A program made the position numbers and the translations under genes. The notes under the pieces are model-generated. The model made no database searches, was not told the DNA's origin, and saw nothing but the letters and a program-made list of their open reading frames with translations. A DNA stretch of 64,000 nt from Antedon mediterranea (Eukaryota > Animalia > Echinodermata): NCBI RefSeq assembly GCF_964355755.1, contig NC_092670.1:1106201-1170200 (forward strand), written 5' to 3'. Shown here piece by piece: positions 11,901 to 31,338 of this stretch; position 1 is the first letter of the stretch; each line of letters opens with the position of its first letter.

Positions 11901-14129
11901 ATGGAGCCACTTGTTCCAACACATTTGGTGATTACAACTGCGCATGCGTTGATGGTTTCATGGGTCAACAATGTGAATCAGGTAACCTTAACACTAAAGC
12001 ATGGCATTCCATACTTACATAATACAGATGATGGAACAACAAGTTTCAGAACGTTGATTTAGGTGTGTCTGTACGCACACAGTTTGCCTGCCACCAATGT
12101 CACTGAATACATCAATATCCTTGGTCTTAATCCTCGTTTAGAACTAGTTAAGTTGTTAATTAATATATGGTTAGCTTTGTTTATTAAAGTCAGGCTGAAA
12201 TTGGACATATGCCCTACTTTAAATATAATAGGATCATGGACTGCACTCCCGAGACTGTATTGGTAACAGGGGCGGATTGTTTAAAAGGGAACTGCACTCC
12301 CGAGACTGTATTGGTAACAGGGGCGGATTGTTTAAAAGGGAACTACACTCCCGAGACTGTATTGGTAACAGGGGCGGATTGTTTAAAAGGGAACTACACT
12401 CCCGAGACTGTATTGGTAACAGGGGCGGATTGTTTAAAAGGGAACTACACTCCCGAGACTGTATTGGTAACAGGGGCGGATTGTTTAAAAGGGAACTGCA
12501 CTCCCGAGACTGTATTGGTAACAGGGGCAGATTGTTTAAAAGGGAACTACACTCCCGAGACTGTATTGGTAACAGAGGCGGATTGTTTAAAAGGGAACTG
12601 CACTCACGAGACTGTATTGGTAACAGGGGCGGATTGTTTAAAAGGGAACTGCACTCCCGAGACTGTATTGGTAACAGGGGCGGATTGTTTAAAAGGGAAC
12701 TACACTCCCGAGACTGTATTGGTAACAGGGGCAGATTGTTTAAAAGGGAACTGCACTCCCGAGACTGTATTGGTAACAGGGGCGGATTGTTTAAAAGGGA
12801 ACTGCACTCCCGAGACTGTATTGGTAACAGGGGCAGATTGTTTAAAAGGGAACTGCACTCCCGAGACTGTATTGGTAACAGGGGCGGATTGTTTAAAAGG
12901 GAACTGCACTCCCGAGACTGTATTGGTAACAGGGGCGGATTGTTTAAAAGTGAACTGCACTCCCGAGACTGTATTGGTAACAGGGGCAGATTGTTTAAAA
13001 GGGAACTGCACTCCCGAGACTGTATTGGTAACAGGGGCGGATTGTTTAAAAGGGAACTGCACTCCCGAGACTGTATTGGTAACAGGGGCGGATTGTTTAA
13101 AAGGGAACTGCACTCCCGAGACTGTATTGGTAACAGGGGCGGATTGTTTAAAAGTGAACTGCACTCCCGAGACTGTATTGGTAACAGGGGCGGATTGTTT
13201 AAAAGGGAACTGCACTCCCGAGACTGTATTGGTAACAGGGGCAGATTGTTTAAAAGGGAACTGCACTCCCGAGACTGTATTGGTAACAGGGGCGGATTGT
13301 TTAAAAGGGAACTGCACTCCCGAGACTGTATTGGTAACAGGGGCGGATTGTTTAAAAGGGAACCGCGCTAATAATAACATATTAATACTTTGTCCAAAAT
13401 AGATGCATGTCCCAACGCCTCTCCAAACCTAGATTGTTTAATTTAATTACTTATATATTAGTAACTTTCTATCCTAGACATAGATGAATGTTCAGACTCT
13501 ACTGATAAGTGCGTGAATGGCGCCACGTGTGTGAACACGCAAGGAAGTTACACCTGTACATGTGTTCATGGGTATGCAGGCATTTACTGTGAAGTATGTG
13601 AAATAAGTAAGTAAACACTCGATTTTTGGTTATTATGTTTTCTTGTAAATATAGTGCCCCTATTCATCCATAGCCTATTCATCCAGTACCGTAGCCTATT
13701 CATCCATAGCCTATTCATCCTGTAGCCTAATCATCCAGTATAGCCTATTCATTCAGTAGCCTAATCATAGTCTATTCTTCAAGAAGCCATTTCAGTTTTA
13801 AACCAAAAAATGTATTTAAAGTTTTGTATTTACTGTAGGCCTACTCTTTATTTTAAGAACATCGGAGGGGCACGAAAACGGTCAATGCAGACGGTCATCC
13901 GGTTTGTCTTAAACCTGATAAATTAGCCAAGTTTACAGTTACCAAAAAGTTGCTGAGAAGTACGATCGAGTGTTTTCAGTTTTGCCTTAAAGTTGGTCAT
14001 TGTGACAAAAACAAGCCAACGAACGCGTACCAAGTTCAGAAGACGTCAGCAGGAGTGATGTGCCATTTGGTGGAATATGATGGTGACTCAGCTGGGTACA
14101 TCAAAGCTGATGGTTGCACTCTCTACTAA
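2912..14129 (+). CDS. Secreted protein, paralogue A: signal peptide + C-type lectin-like domain + 17 Ca-binding EGF repeats + PAN/Apple-like domain (21 coding exons)
   Basis: All introns are GT-AG, phase 1. Signal peptide exon 2912-2984 ([24 protein letters not shown]). CTLD exons 3538-3789 and 4428-4592 ([18 protein letters not shown]...[18 protein letters not shown]...C...[14 protein letters not shown]). EGF exons 5137-5256, 5426-5542, 5645-5758, 6362-6478, 6794-6913, 7039-7158, 7333-7452, 7575-7694, 8902-9021, 9107-9226, 9302-9421, 9576-9692, 10073-10189, 10905-11021, 11403-11519, 11865-11981, 13478-13606 (DINEC...CxNGATCxNTxGxYxCxCxxGFxGxxCE). Last exon 13858-14129 (KHRRGTK...[15 protein letters not shown]...AYQV...CHLVEY...CTLY*). 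No transmembrane segment. Confidence 0.85.
7709..8558 (-). mobile_element. Non-autonomous PIF/Harbinger transposon with a decayed Myb/SANT-like ORF (intron of gene A)
   Basis: TIRs GGGCCTGTTTCTAT / ATAGAAACAGGCCC with TAA target duplication (7706-7708 and 8559-8561). Minus-strand peptide [27 protein letters not shown] matches the end of trihelix/Myb-SANT-like domains carried by Harbinger elements. Confidence 0.85.
9742..10048. mobile_element. Degenerate Kolobok-type MITE; related copies in several introns of gene A
   Basis: TTAAAGACAT...GGGACAATACATCTTTAA is the same family as the cleaner copy at 54572-54903. Related copies lie near 3170-3448, 6532, 10240-10470, 11070-11380 and 11575-11840. 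Confidence 0.65.
10488..10883 (-). mobile_element. 5'-truncated non-LTR retroelement 3' end with (TCAA)n tail
   Basis: (GATT)n run at 10491-10514. 18-bp target-site duplication GTAACTACTATTGTATTT at 10470-10487 and 10884-10901. The paralogous intron near 11844 lacks the insert. Confidence 0.75.
12241..13363. repeat. 51-bp minisatellite, about 22 copies, intronic in gene A
   Basis: Unit CTGCACTCCCGAGACTGTATTGGTAACAGGGGCGGATTGTTTAAAAGGGAA; lies between EGF exons 16 and 17. Confidence 0.95.
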
Positions 14130-14764
14130 GATAGAGACAGACGGTGACCCAACTGGGTACATCAAAGCGGCTGGTTGCACTCTCTAGAGACAGACGGTGA
14201 CCAATCACAAATTATGTATTTATCATAAATTATGTATTTTTCACAAATTATCAATCAAATACAGTACACTAATGTTTAGATAATGTTTAGATAATGCTTT
14301 AGTTTATTATAAATTTATGTTTTTATATTATAATAATCATTAATATTTTATCCCGTTTCAACATTTGACAGTGGATCATGCAGGTATAATTTTTTAATAA
14401 ATTTTATACCATACTAGAGTGAATACAAGTTTTTTTGTTATTAAACTTCAAAACACTACCTTTTCTTGTTCTATATTAAAAGTAATTTCAAATGTATACC
14501 AAGTATAATATAAAGGCACAATAGGGAATAGAAAGATTAACAATTATTAAATTATGAATTAAGAGACGTTTACTATACTTTAAAATAAATTTAATGACAA
14601 AAAAGATTAACGTTTTGGAACCATCATTGAACTATTGTCAAGAACAAACGAGTAAAATTAACAACTATCCAAAATATAAAGCACCAAAGGGTGACAAGAA
14701 ATACCTAAATAATTAGTTACAAGACTGAAAAATCTAAAAGATAAGCTCCTCCTCTCGATAATTA

Positions 14765-15235
14765 TTTAATTTTATTGAGTGATTTTGTTTGTTAAGAGAT
14801 GGTTTCAACTCTTTTATCCACAGCATTTAATTAATTAAGCAATCGAATTTATATTTTCACTTAGACAATACTTTGAAATAATTGACTGTATCAGTAGGAC
14901 TGATTTCTTAGATGTTCTCTTATGATACCTTTATTGTGTTCATTAATGCGTTGATAAAGGTGCCGACAGGTGTAGCCGACATAGCTTGCATCACACACAA
15001 CGCATTGCTGGTTAAGCGTGGTTCCCACTAGCGACGCAACACAAGGACGTAACGCAACGCAAGTGAATTGACCAATCACAAGCGATGGCTTATTCACTCG
15101 TGATTGCTAACTGTCTATAACTTCGCTTGTCATTGGTTAAAACGCTTGCGTTGCGTTCTTGCGTTACGTTCTAGTGGGAACCACGCTTTAACAAGCTTGG
15201 GTTTCCTTTCTTTTGATTTTAAGATTATTATGAAA
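14765..15235 (-). mobile_element. Penelope-like retroelement remnant (GIY-YIG endonuclease), interrupted by a MITE
   Basis: With the MITE removed, the minus strand reads KERKPKLVNQQCVV-CDASYVGYTCRHLYQRINEH...FKVLSK*KYKFDCLIN*MLWIKELKPSLNKQ. This is the Penelope GIY-YIG C-terminus pattern, with stops. Confidence 0.75.
15015..15187. mobile_element. Harbinger/PIF-type MITE (AGCGTGGTTCCCACTAG family)
   Basis: TIRs AGCGTGGTTCCCACTAG / CTAGTGGGAACCACGCT with TTA TSD. Removing it restores the Penelope reading frame. Confidence 0.85.
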
Positions 15236-15423
15236 TCATGCCAGTATATTAGGACGATAGGCGAAATCATGCCAGTATATTAGGACGATAGGCGAAATCA
15301 TGCCAGTATATTAGGACGATAGGCGAAATCATGCCAGTATATTAGGACGATAGGCGAAATCATGCCAGTATATTAGGACGATAGGCGAAATCATGCCAGT
15401 ATATTAGGACGATAGGCGAAATC
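15233..15423. repeat. 31-bp tandem repeat, about 6 copies
   Basis: Unit AAATCATGCCAGTATATTAGGACGATAGGCG. Confidence 0.9.
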
Positions 15424-15534
15424 CTAATATCAAAAGAAAGAAACCCTAAGCTTGTGTTGTGTACTATCATTCCGCTTTTTCGTTACAGATTCATTTCCAT
15501 GACTCTCGTTCGCATGTGATTGGTCACATCACTT

Positions 15535-16030
15535 AAGCTTGGTTCCCACTAGAAACGCAACGCAACGACGTAAGCGCAACGTAAAGCGTGGTTCCACTAG
15601 CGACGCAACACAAGGACGTAACGCAACGCAAGTGAATTGACCAATCACAAGCGATGGCTTATTCGCTTGTGACTGCTAACTGTCTATAACTTCGCTTGTC
15701 ATTGGTTAAAACGCTTGCATTGCGTTTACGTCCTTGCGTTACGTTCTAGTGGGAACCAAGCTTTAAGCGTGGTTCCCACTAGAACGCGACGCAGCGACGT
15801 ATTGACGCAAAGTAATGTATTGCGTAATCACAAGTGGGAACCGACCGATTTCACGCGGGCGGGGGCAAACACAATTATTGAAGGGCATTTTGTTACGTTG
15901 CATAGGTTGCGTTACGTTGCGTCGCTCAGTGGGAATCAAGCTAAAGCGATGGATCGAACAGTAATTGTCATTGACTTGCGTTGCGTATACGACGTCCGTG
16001 CGTTGCATCTCTAGTGGGAACCACGCTTTG
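15535..16030. mobile_element. Nested and adjacent copies of the same Harbinger-type MITE family
   Basis: Left TIRs near 15536, 15584 and 15765; right TIRs near 15746-15762, 15926-15942 and 16011-16028, separated by TAA/TTA. Further copies at about 17852-17970 and 44573-44720. Confidence 0.75.
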
Positions 16031-17130
16031 CGCTTACGCTTTGTCCCTAGTGGGAACCACGCTTTGCGCTTACGCTTTGTCTCTAGTGGGAACCACGCTT
16101 TGCGCTTACGCTTTGTCCCTAGTGGGAACCACGCTTTGCGCTTACGCTTTGTCTCTAGTGGGAACCACGCCTTGCGCTTACGCTTTGTCTCTAGTGGGAA
16201 CCACGCTTTGTCTCTAGTGGGAACCACACCTTGCGCTTACGCCTTGTCTCTAGTGGGAACCACGCTTTGCGCTTACGCTTTGTCTAGTGGGAACCACGCT
16301 TTGCGTTTACGCTTTGTCTCTAGTGGGAACCACGCTTTGCGCTTACGCTTTGTCTCTAGTGGGAACCACGCTTTGCGCTTACGCTTTGTCTCTAGTGGGA
16401 ACCACGCTTTGCGCTTACGTTTTGTTTCTAGTGGGAACCACGCTTTGCGCTTACGCTTTGTCTCTAGTGGGAACCACGCCTTGCGCTTACGCCTTGTCTC
16501 TAGTGGGAACCACGCTTTGCGCTTGCGCTTACGCTTTGTCTCTAGTGGGAACCACACCTTGCGTTTACGCTTTGTCTCTAGTGGGAACCACGCCTTGCGC
16601 TTACGCTTTGTCTCTAGTGGGAACCACGCTTTGCGTTTACGCTTTGTCTCTAGTGGGAACCACGCTTTGCGCTTACGGTTTGTCTTTAGTGGGAACCACA
16701 CCTTGCGCTTACGCTTTGTCCCTAGTGGGAACCACGCCTTGCGCTTACGCTTTGTCTCTAGTGGGAACCACACCTTGCGCTTACGCTTTGTCTCTAGTGG
16801 GAACCACGCTTTGCGCTTACGCCTTGTCTCTAGTGGGAACCACGCTTTGCGCTTACGCTTTGTCTCTAGTGGGAACCACGCTTTGCGTTTACGCTTTGTC
16901 TCTAGTGGGAACCACGCTTTGCGTTTACGCTGTGTCCCTAGTGGGAACCACGCCTTGCGCTTGCGTTGTGTCTCTAGTGGGAACCACGCTTTGCGCTTGC
17001 GTTGCATCTCTAGTGGTAACCACGCTTTGCGTTTACGCTGTGTCTCTAGTGGGAACCACGCTTTGCGCTTGCGTTGTGTCTCTAGTAGGAACCACGCTTT
17101 GCGCTTGCGTTGTGTCTCTAGTGGGAACCA
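16011..17130. repeat. 36-bp minisatellite, about 31 copies, built from the MITE right terminus
   Basis: Unit CTAGTGGGAACCACGCTTTGCGCTTACGCTTTGTCT; the first half is identical to the MITE right TIR. Confidence 0.95.
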
Positions 17131-18441
17131 AATGCAACACAATGCCTACCAGTAATATACTGATAAATGCGAATCTATAACTGATCAAATGATACTATGG
17201 CAACCTATAAAATAATAATAATCATCAGAAAGATTTCCATGGCATAAAAATAAGACAGCAACAACCTAGCCTACATTGTAACAGATGGTCAAACTTCATC
17301 AAAAGCCTGTATTGTAATTTTTGATATATTCCTTAATTCAATATGCAGTAAAATAATTGTATACGATGTTTACGATGACATCAATTAATTCAATAAAAAA
17401 TCCTTAAGAAATAAATGAACCCTTAATGTTTGCACGGACACATATCTATTCTGTGTAAATAACAATAACAAGCTATAACCTTATTACTGTAATACTAATG
17501 CTAATAAAAAACGAATTATTCATGACTGCACTAAGTGTCACCTCTGTTGGTTATATAATGGTTTTTCTTAATAGGAAAAGGTATAAGAATGGGTAGTAAA
17601 GAACATGCAGCCTACCATCAAACATGTTTCCCACTAGGCGAATTCATTCACGTGAATTAATCTTTAAACACTACGTTCTAAGGAGAATTTAGTCGCGCGA
17701 ATATGATTCTTGAGCAGCACATAAAACGCGAGACATCTATTTGATACATTTTAGGCCTATATGTCATATGGCTCTGAAGCACGACAACCAATCTGAGTTC
17801 AGAAGTGATCGAGTACAGAAAGATTGGCCTTATTTGAAAAGAGACTTTAAAAACTTGGTTCTCACTACAGACGCAACGCAAGGAATTAAGCGAGTCGACC
17901 AATATTCTAACAGTCGCTTGTCATTGGTCAACTGGCTTACGTTGCGTCCTAGTAGTGGGAAACCAAGCTTCAATCAAGACTACTTTTTGTTATGCGATAA
18001 AAGAGCTCATGACATTTCGGCTTCAGATTTCACATACTTGTTTTAAATTAAATCACACAACCAAAATACTGTAGAGCTAGCAAAACAGAGTTGGAGGAGC
18101 AGAGTCTTCACATCTGAAGTTGGCTCCAAATACGAAGAAGAAGAAGAAGAAATCTTTAACTTACAAAATTACCAATCAGAACTCATGAAATTTCGATTTG
18201 CGCTAATAAAATTAATTCACCAAATAAAACATCAGACTACATATAGTATTGTTATGTTTTCACACTTGGTTTTAGACTTCACATAGTTTTCTTTACAATG
18301 GACATGCACTTAGGAAAACTTTTTTCAGTGTTGGATTTTCGGGGTGTAATGAAACTCATTCTGACTATTTTCTTTTATAACTAAGGCTAATTTAGTGGAT
18401 TTTTAGCAAGTGTTTGGAAATTGATCTAATAATATCATTTT

Positions 18442-18712
18442 GCAAAATAACATAGGCCTAGGGTGGAAGGTAAAGGAACAACATAGCAAAATAACATAGG
18501 CCTAGGGTGGAAGGTAAAGGAACAACATAGCAAAATAACATAGGCCTAGGGTGGAAGGTAAAGGAACAACATAGCAAAATAACATAGGCCTAGGGTGGAA
18601 GGTAAAGGAACAACATAGCAAAATAACATAGGCCTAGGGTGGAAGGTAAAGGAACAACATAGCAAAATAACATAGGCCTAGGGTGGAAGGTAAAGGAACA
18701 ACATAGCAAAAC
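18442..18712. repeat. 44-bp tandem repeat, about 6 copies, upstream of gene B
   Basis: Unit GCAAAATAACATAGGCCTAGGGTGGAAGGTAAAGGAACAACATA. Confidence 0.95.
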
Positions 18713-19130
18713 CTAAATGTTTGCATGTGTAGACCTACAATGAATCTGAGAATAATAAAAGGTGGGTATGATACAGGGTATCTACCTGGGCAGCCTATTC
18801 GTCCGAATAGACAATGTCCGAGCTATGATTGATTGCGCACCAAAAGTATAAATAGACGGAAACATGAATACGCATGCGCATAAACCAACAATTTAGATTC
18901 GCCTGAAAAAAAAACAAACCTGTTTCACCATTGGGCAAAATACATTTACGCATGCGCATTTTGTAGATACATTCTTAATAATAGTTATTATGCCAACCAT
19001 AAACACAACGTCGTCAGTTCTGATAGTTACGAGACTCCTGATCGGCCGCTACGGTTTCTTCATATTTTATAAGTTGAAACCGCATCGTATATTTACAGTT
19101 ACAATTTGTGTTCATACTTTACGTGGTAAT

Positions 19131-29310
<10,180 letters not shown>

Positions 29311-30045
29311 GATAGAGACAGACGGTGACCCGACTGGGTACATCAAAGCGGCTGGTTGCACTCTCTACTAAGATAGAGACAGACGGTGAACCAGCTGGGT
29401 ACATCAAAGCTGATGGATGCACTCTCTACTAAGATAGAGTCAGATCATATTCGATTCATCTGTCGAATCACACTTGTTTTTGCCATTGGAATGAAATTAT
29501 GTATTTATCACAAATTATCAATCAAACATAGGACTACATTAATGCTTAGATAATTTTTTAGTTTATTACAAATTTATATCTTATATAATAATAATTTAAA
29601 ATATTTTATGCCGTTTTAATATATCTCCTAAACATAGTGTTTTTTTATTAATCAAAACACTACCTTTTCCTATTTTGTATAAAAGTAAAGTCAAAAGTAT
29701 AACAAATGCATATGAAGGCACAAAGAGGGATAGAAAGATTAACATTAAAGAGGGATAGAAAGATTAACATTAAAGAGGGATAGAAAGATTAACATTATTT
29801 ATTGCTTTTTTATCATCCACATTTTTGGTTGTTTTACTACCTAATAATTTAAAGTACAGTTTTCTCGTGTTAATGTATGTAAAAACAATATTTTGTTGGG
29901 TTGCTCATTCATATAATAATTTAGTTCAAATGTTTCTGTACATCAATATTTTTAGTTGTAATACTTCTGTCTTTAATGTCATTTTTAATAATAAATAAAT
30001 CTGTGTTTGTATTTCCTTGTTCTTTTTTATGTAAATCAAATATAT

Positions 30046-30825
30046 ATTTTATGGCGATCCTGTATTGGTGTTTTTATGGCGATCCTGTATTGGTGTTTTT
30101 ATGGTGATCCTGTATTGGTGTTTTTATGGTGATCCTGTATTGGTGTTTTTATGGTGATCCTGTATTGGTGTTTTTATGGTGATCCTGTATTGGTGTTTTT
30201 ATGGTGATCCTGTATTGGTGTTTTTATGGTGATCCTGTATTGGTGTTTTTATGGTGATCCTGTATTGGTGTTTTTATGGTGATCCTGTATTGGTGTTTTT
30301 ATGGCGATCCTGTATTGGTGTTTTTATGGCGATCCTGTATTGGTGTTTTTATGGCGATCCTGTATTGGTGTTTTTATGGCGATCCTGTATTGGTGTTTTT
30401 ATGGTGATCCTGTATTGGTGTTTTTATGGTGATCCTGTATTGGTGTTTTTATGGCGATCCTGTATTGGTGTTTTTATGGTGATCCTGTATTGGTGTTTTT
30501 ATGGTGATCCTGTATTGGTGTTTTTATGGTGATCCTGTATTGGTGTTTTTATGGCGATCCTGTATTGGTGTTTTTATGGTGATCCTGTATTGGTGTTTTT
30601 ATGGTGATCCTGTATTGGTGTTTTTATGGTGATCCTGTATTGGTGTTTTTATGGCGATCCTGTATTGGTGTTTTTATGGTGATCCTGTATTGGTGTTTTT
30701 ATGGTGATCATGTATTGGTGTTTTTATGGCGATCCTGTATTGGTGTTTTTATGGCGATCCTGTATTGGTGTTTTTATGGTGATCCTGTATTGGTGTTTTT
30801 ATGGCGATCCTGTATTGGTGTTTTT
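30046..30825. repeat. 25-bp minisatellite, about 31 copies
   Basis: Unit TTTTTATGGYGATCCTGTATTGGTG. Confidence 0.95.
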
Positions 30826-30954
30826 CTTGATTCACTGTTGGATCTTGAATAAATAAAATAAATAAATACATAGGTGATGGGTGGATCCAGTGAGGTTACA
30901 CTTAGGGCAGGCTAATGATATTTTTGCTATCTATTTTTGGCAGACTATTAATAT

Positions 30955-31240
30955 TATGTTAGCGCTCCTTGGTCCGCCCCTTTAGTTGTATCTATATAGT
31001 ATTAAGGTTCTTTATGTTAGCGCTCTGCTGGATCCGCCCCTTTAGTTGTATCTACAGTATTAAGGTTCTTTATGTTAGCGCTCTGCTGGATCCGCCCCTT
31101 TAGTTGTATCTATACAGTATTAAGGTTCTTTATGATAGCGCTCTGCTGGATCCGCCCCTTTAGTTGTATCTATACAGTATTAAGGTTCTTTATGTTAGCG
31201 CTCTGCTGGATCCGCCCCTTTAGTTGTATCTATATATTAT
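30955..31240. repeat. About 60-bp tandem repeat, about 5 copies, containing a hAT-like TIR
   Basis: Unit TATGTTAGCGCTCTGCTGGATCCGCCCCTTTAGTTGTATCTATACAGTATTAAGGTTCTT. Confidence 0.9.
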
Positions 31241-31338
31241 GGTTTTTTTTCTCCACAGCATCTATGATATAGTAATTAAAACACACAAGGTTAAAAATAT
31301 ATTTTATCTGTAGTTTTCCTCCTTCTCCGCTCTCATCT

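Noticed and set aside
5137-11981. Dscam-like mutually exclusive exon cluster
   Set aside because: All exons are frame-compatible in series, the introns are long enough to splice, and I saw no docking or selector sequences. Constitutive inclusion is the simpler reading.
12209-13402. 397-aa ORF of repeated [17 protein letters not shown], plus overlapping frames
   Set aside because: These are translations of a 51-bp minisatellite that is open in several frames on both strands. It is intronic and absent from paralogue B.
5137-13606. Notch, fibrillin or fibropellin orthologue
   Set aside because: No LNR, TM or ankyrin domains, no TB domains, and no CUB or avidin domains. The ends are a CTLD and a PAN-like domain, so no gene symbol was assigned.
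15763-17180. Long ORFs with KRKRK or LRLRF repeats that look like NLS-rich or basic proteins
   Set aside because: Artefacts of the 36-bp MITE-derived array.
30251-30852. Hydrophobic repeat ORFs resembling membrane proteins
   Set aside because: Translations of the 25-bp array cycling through frames.
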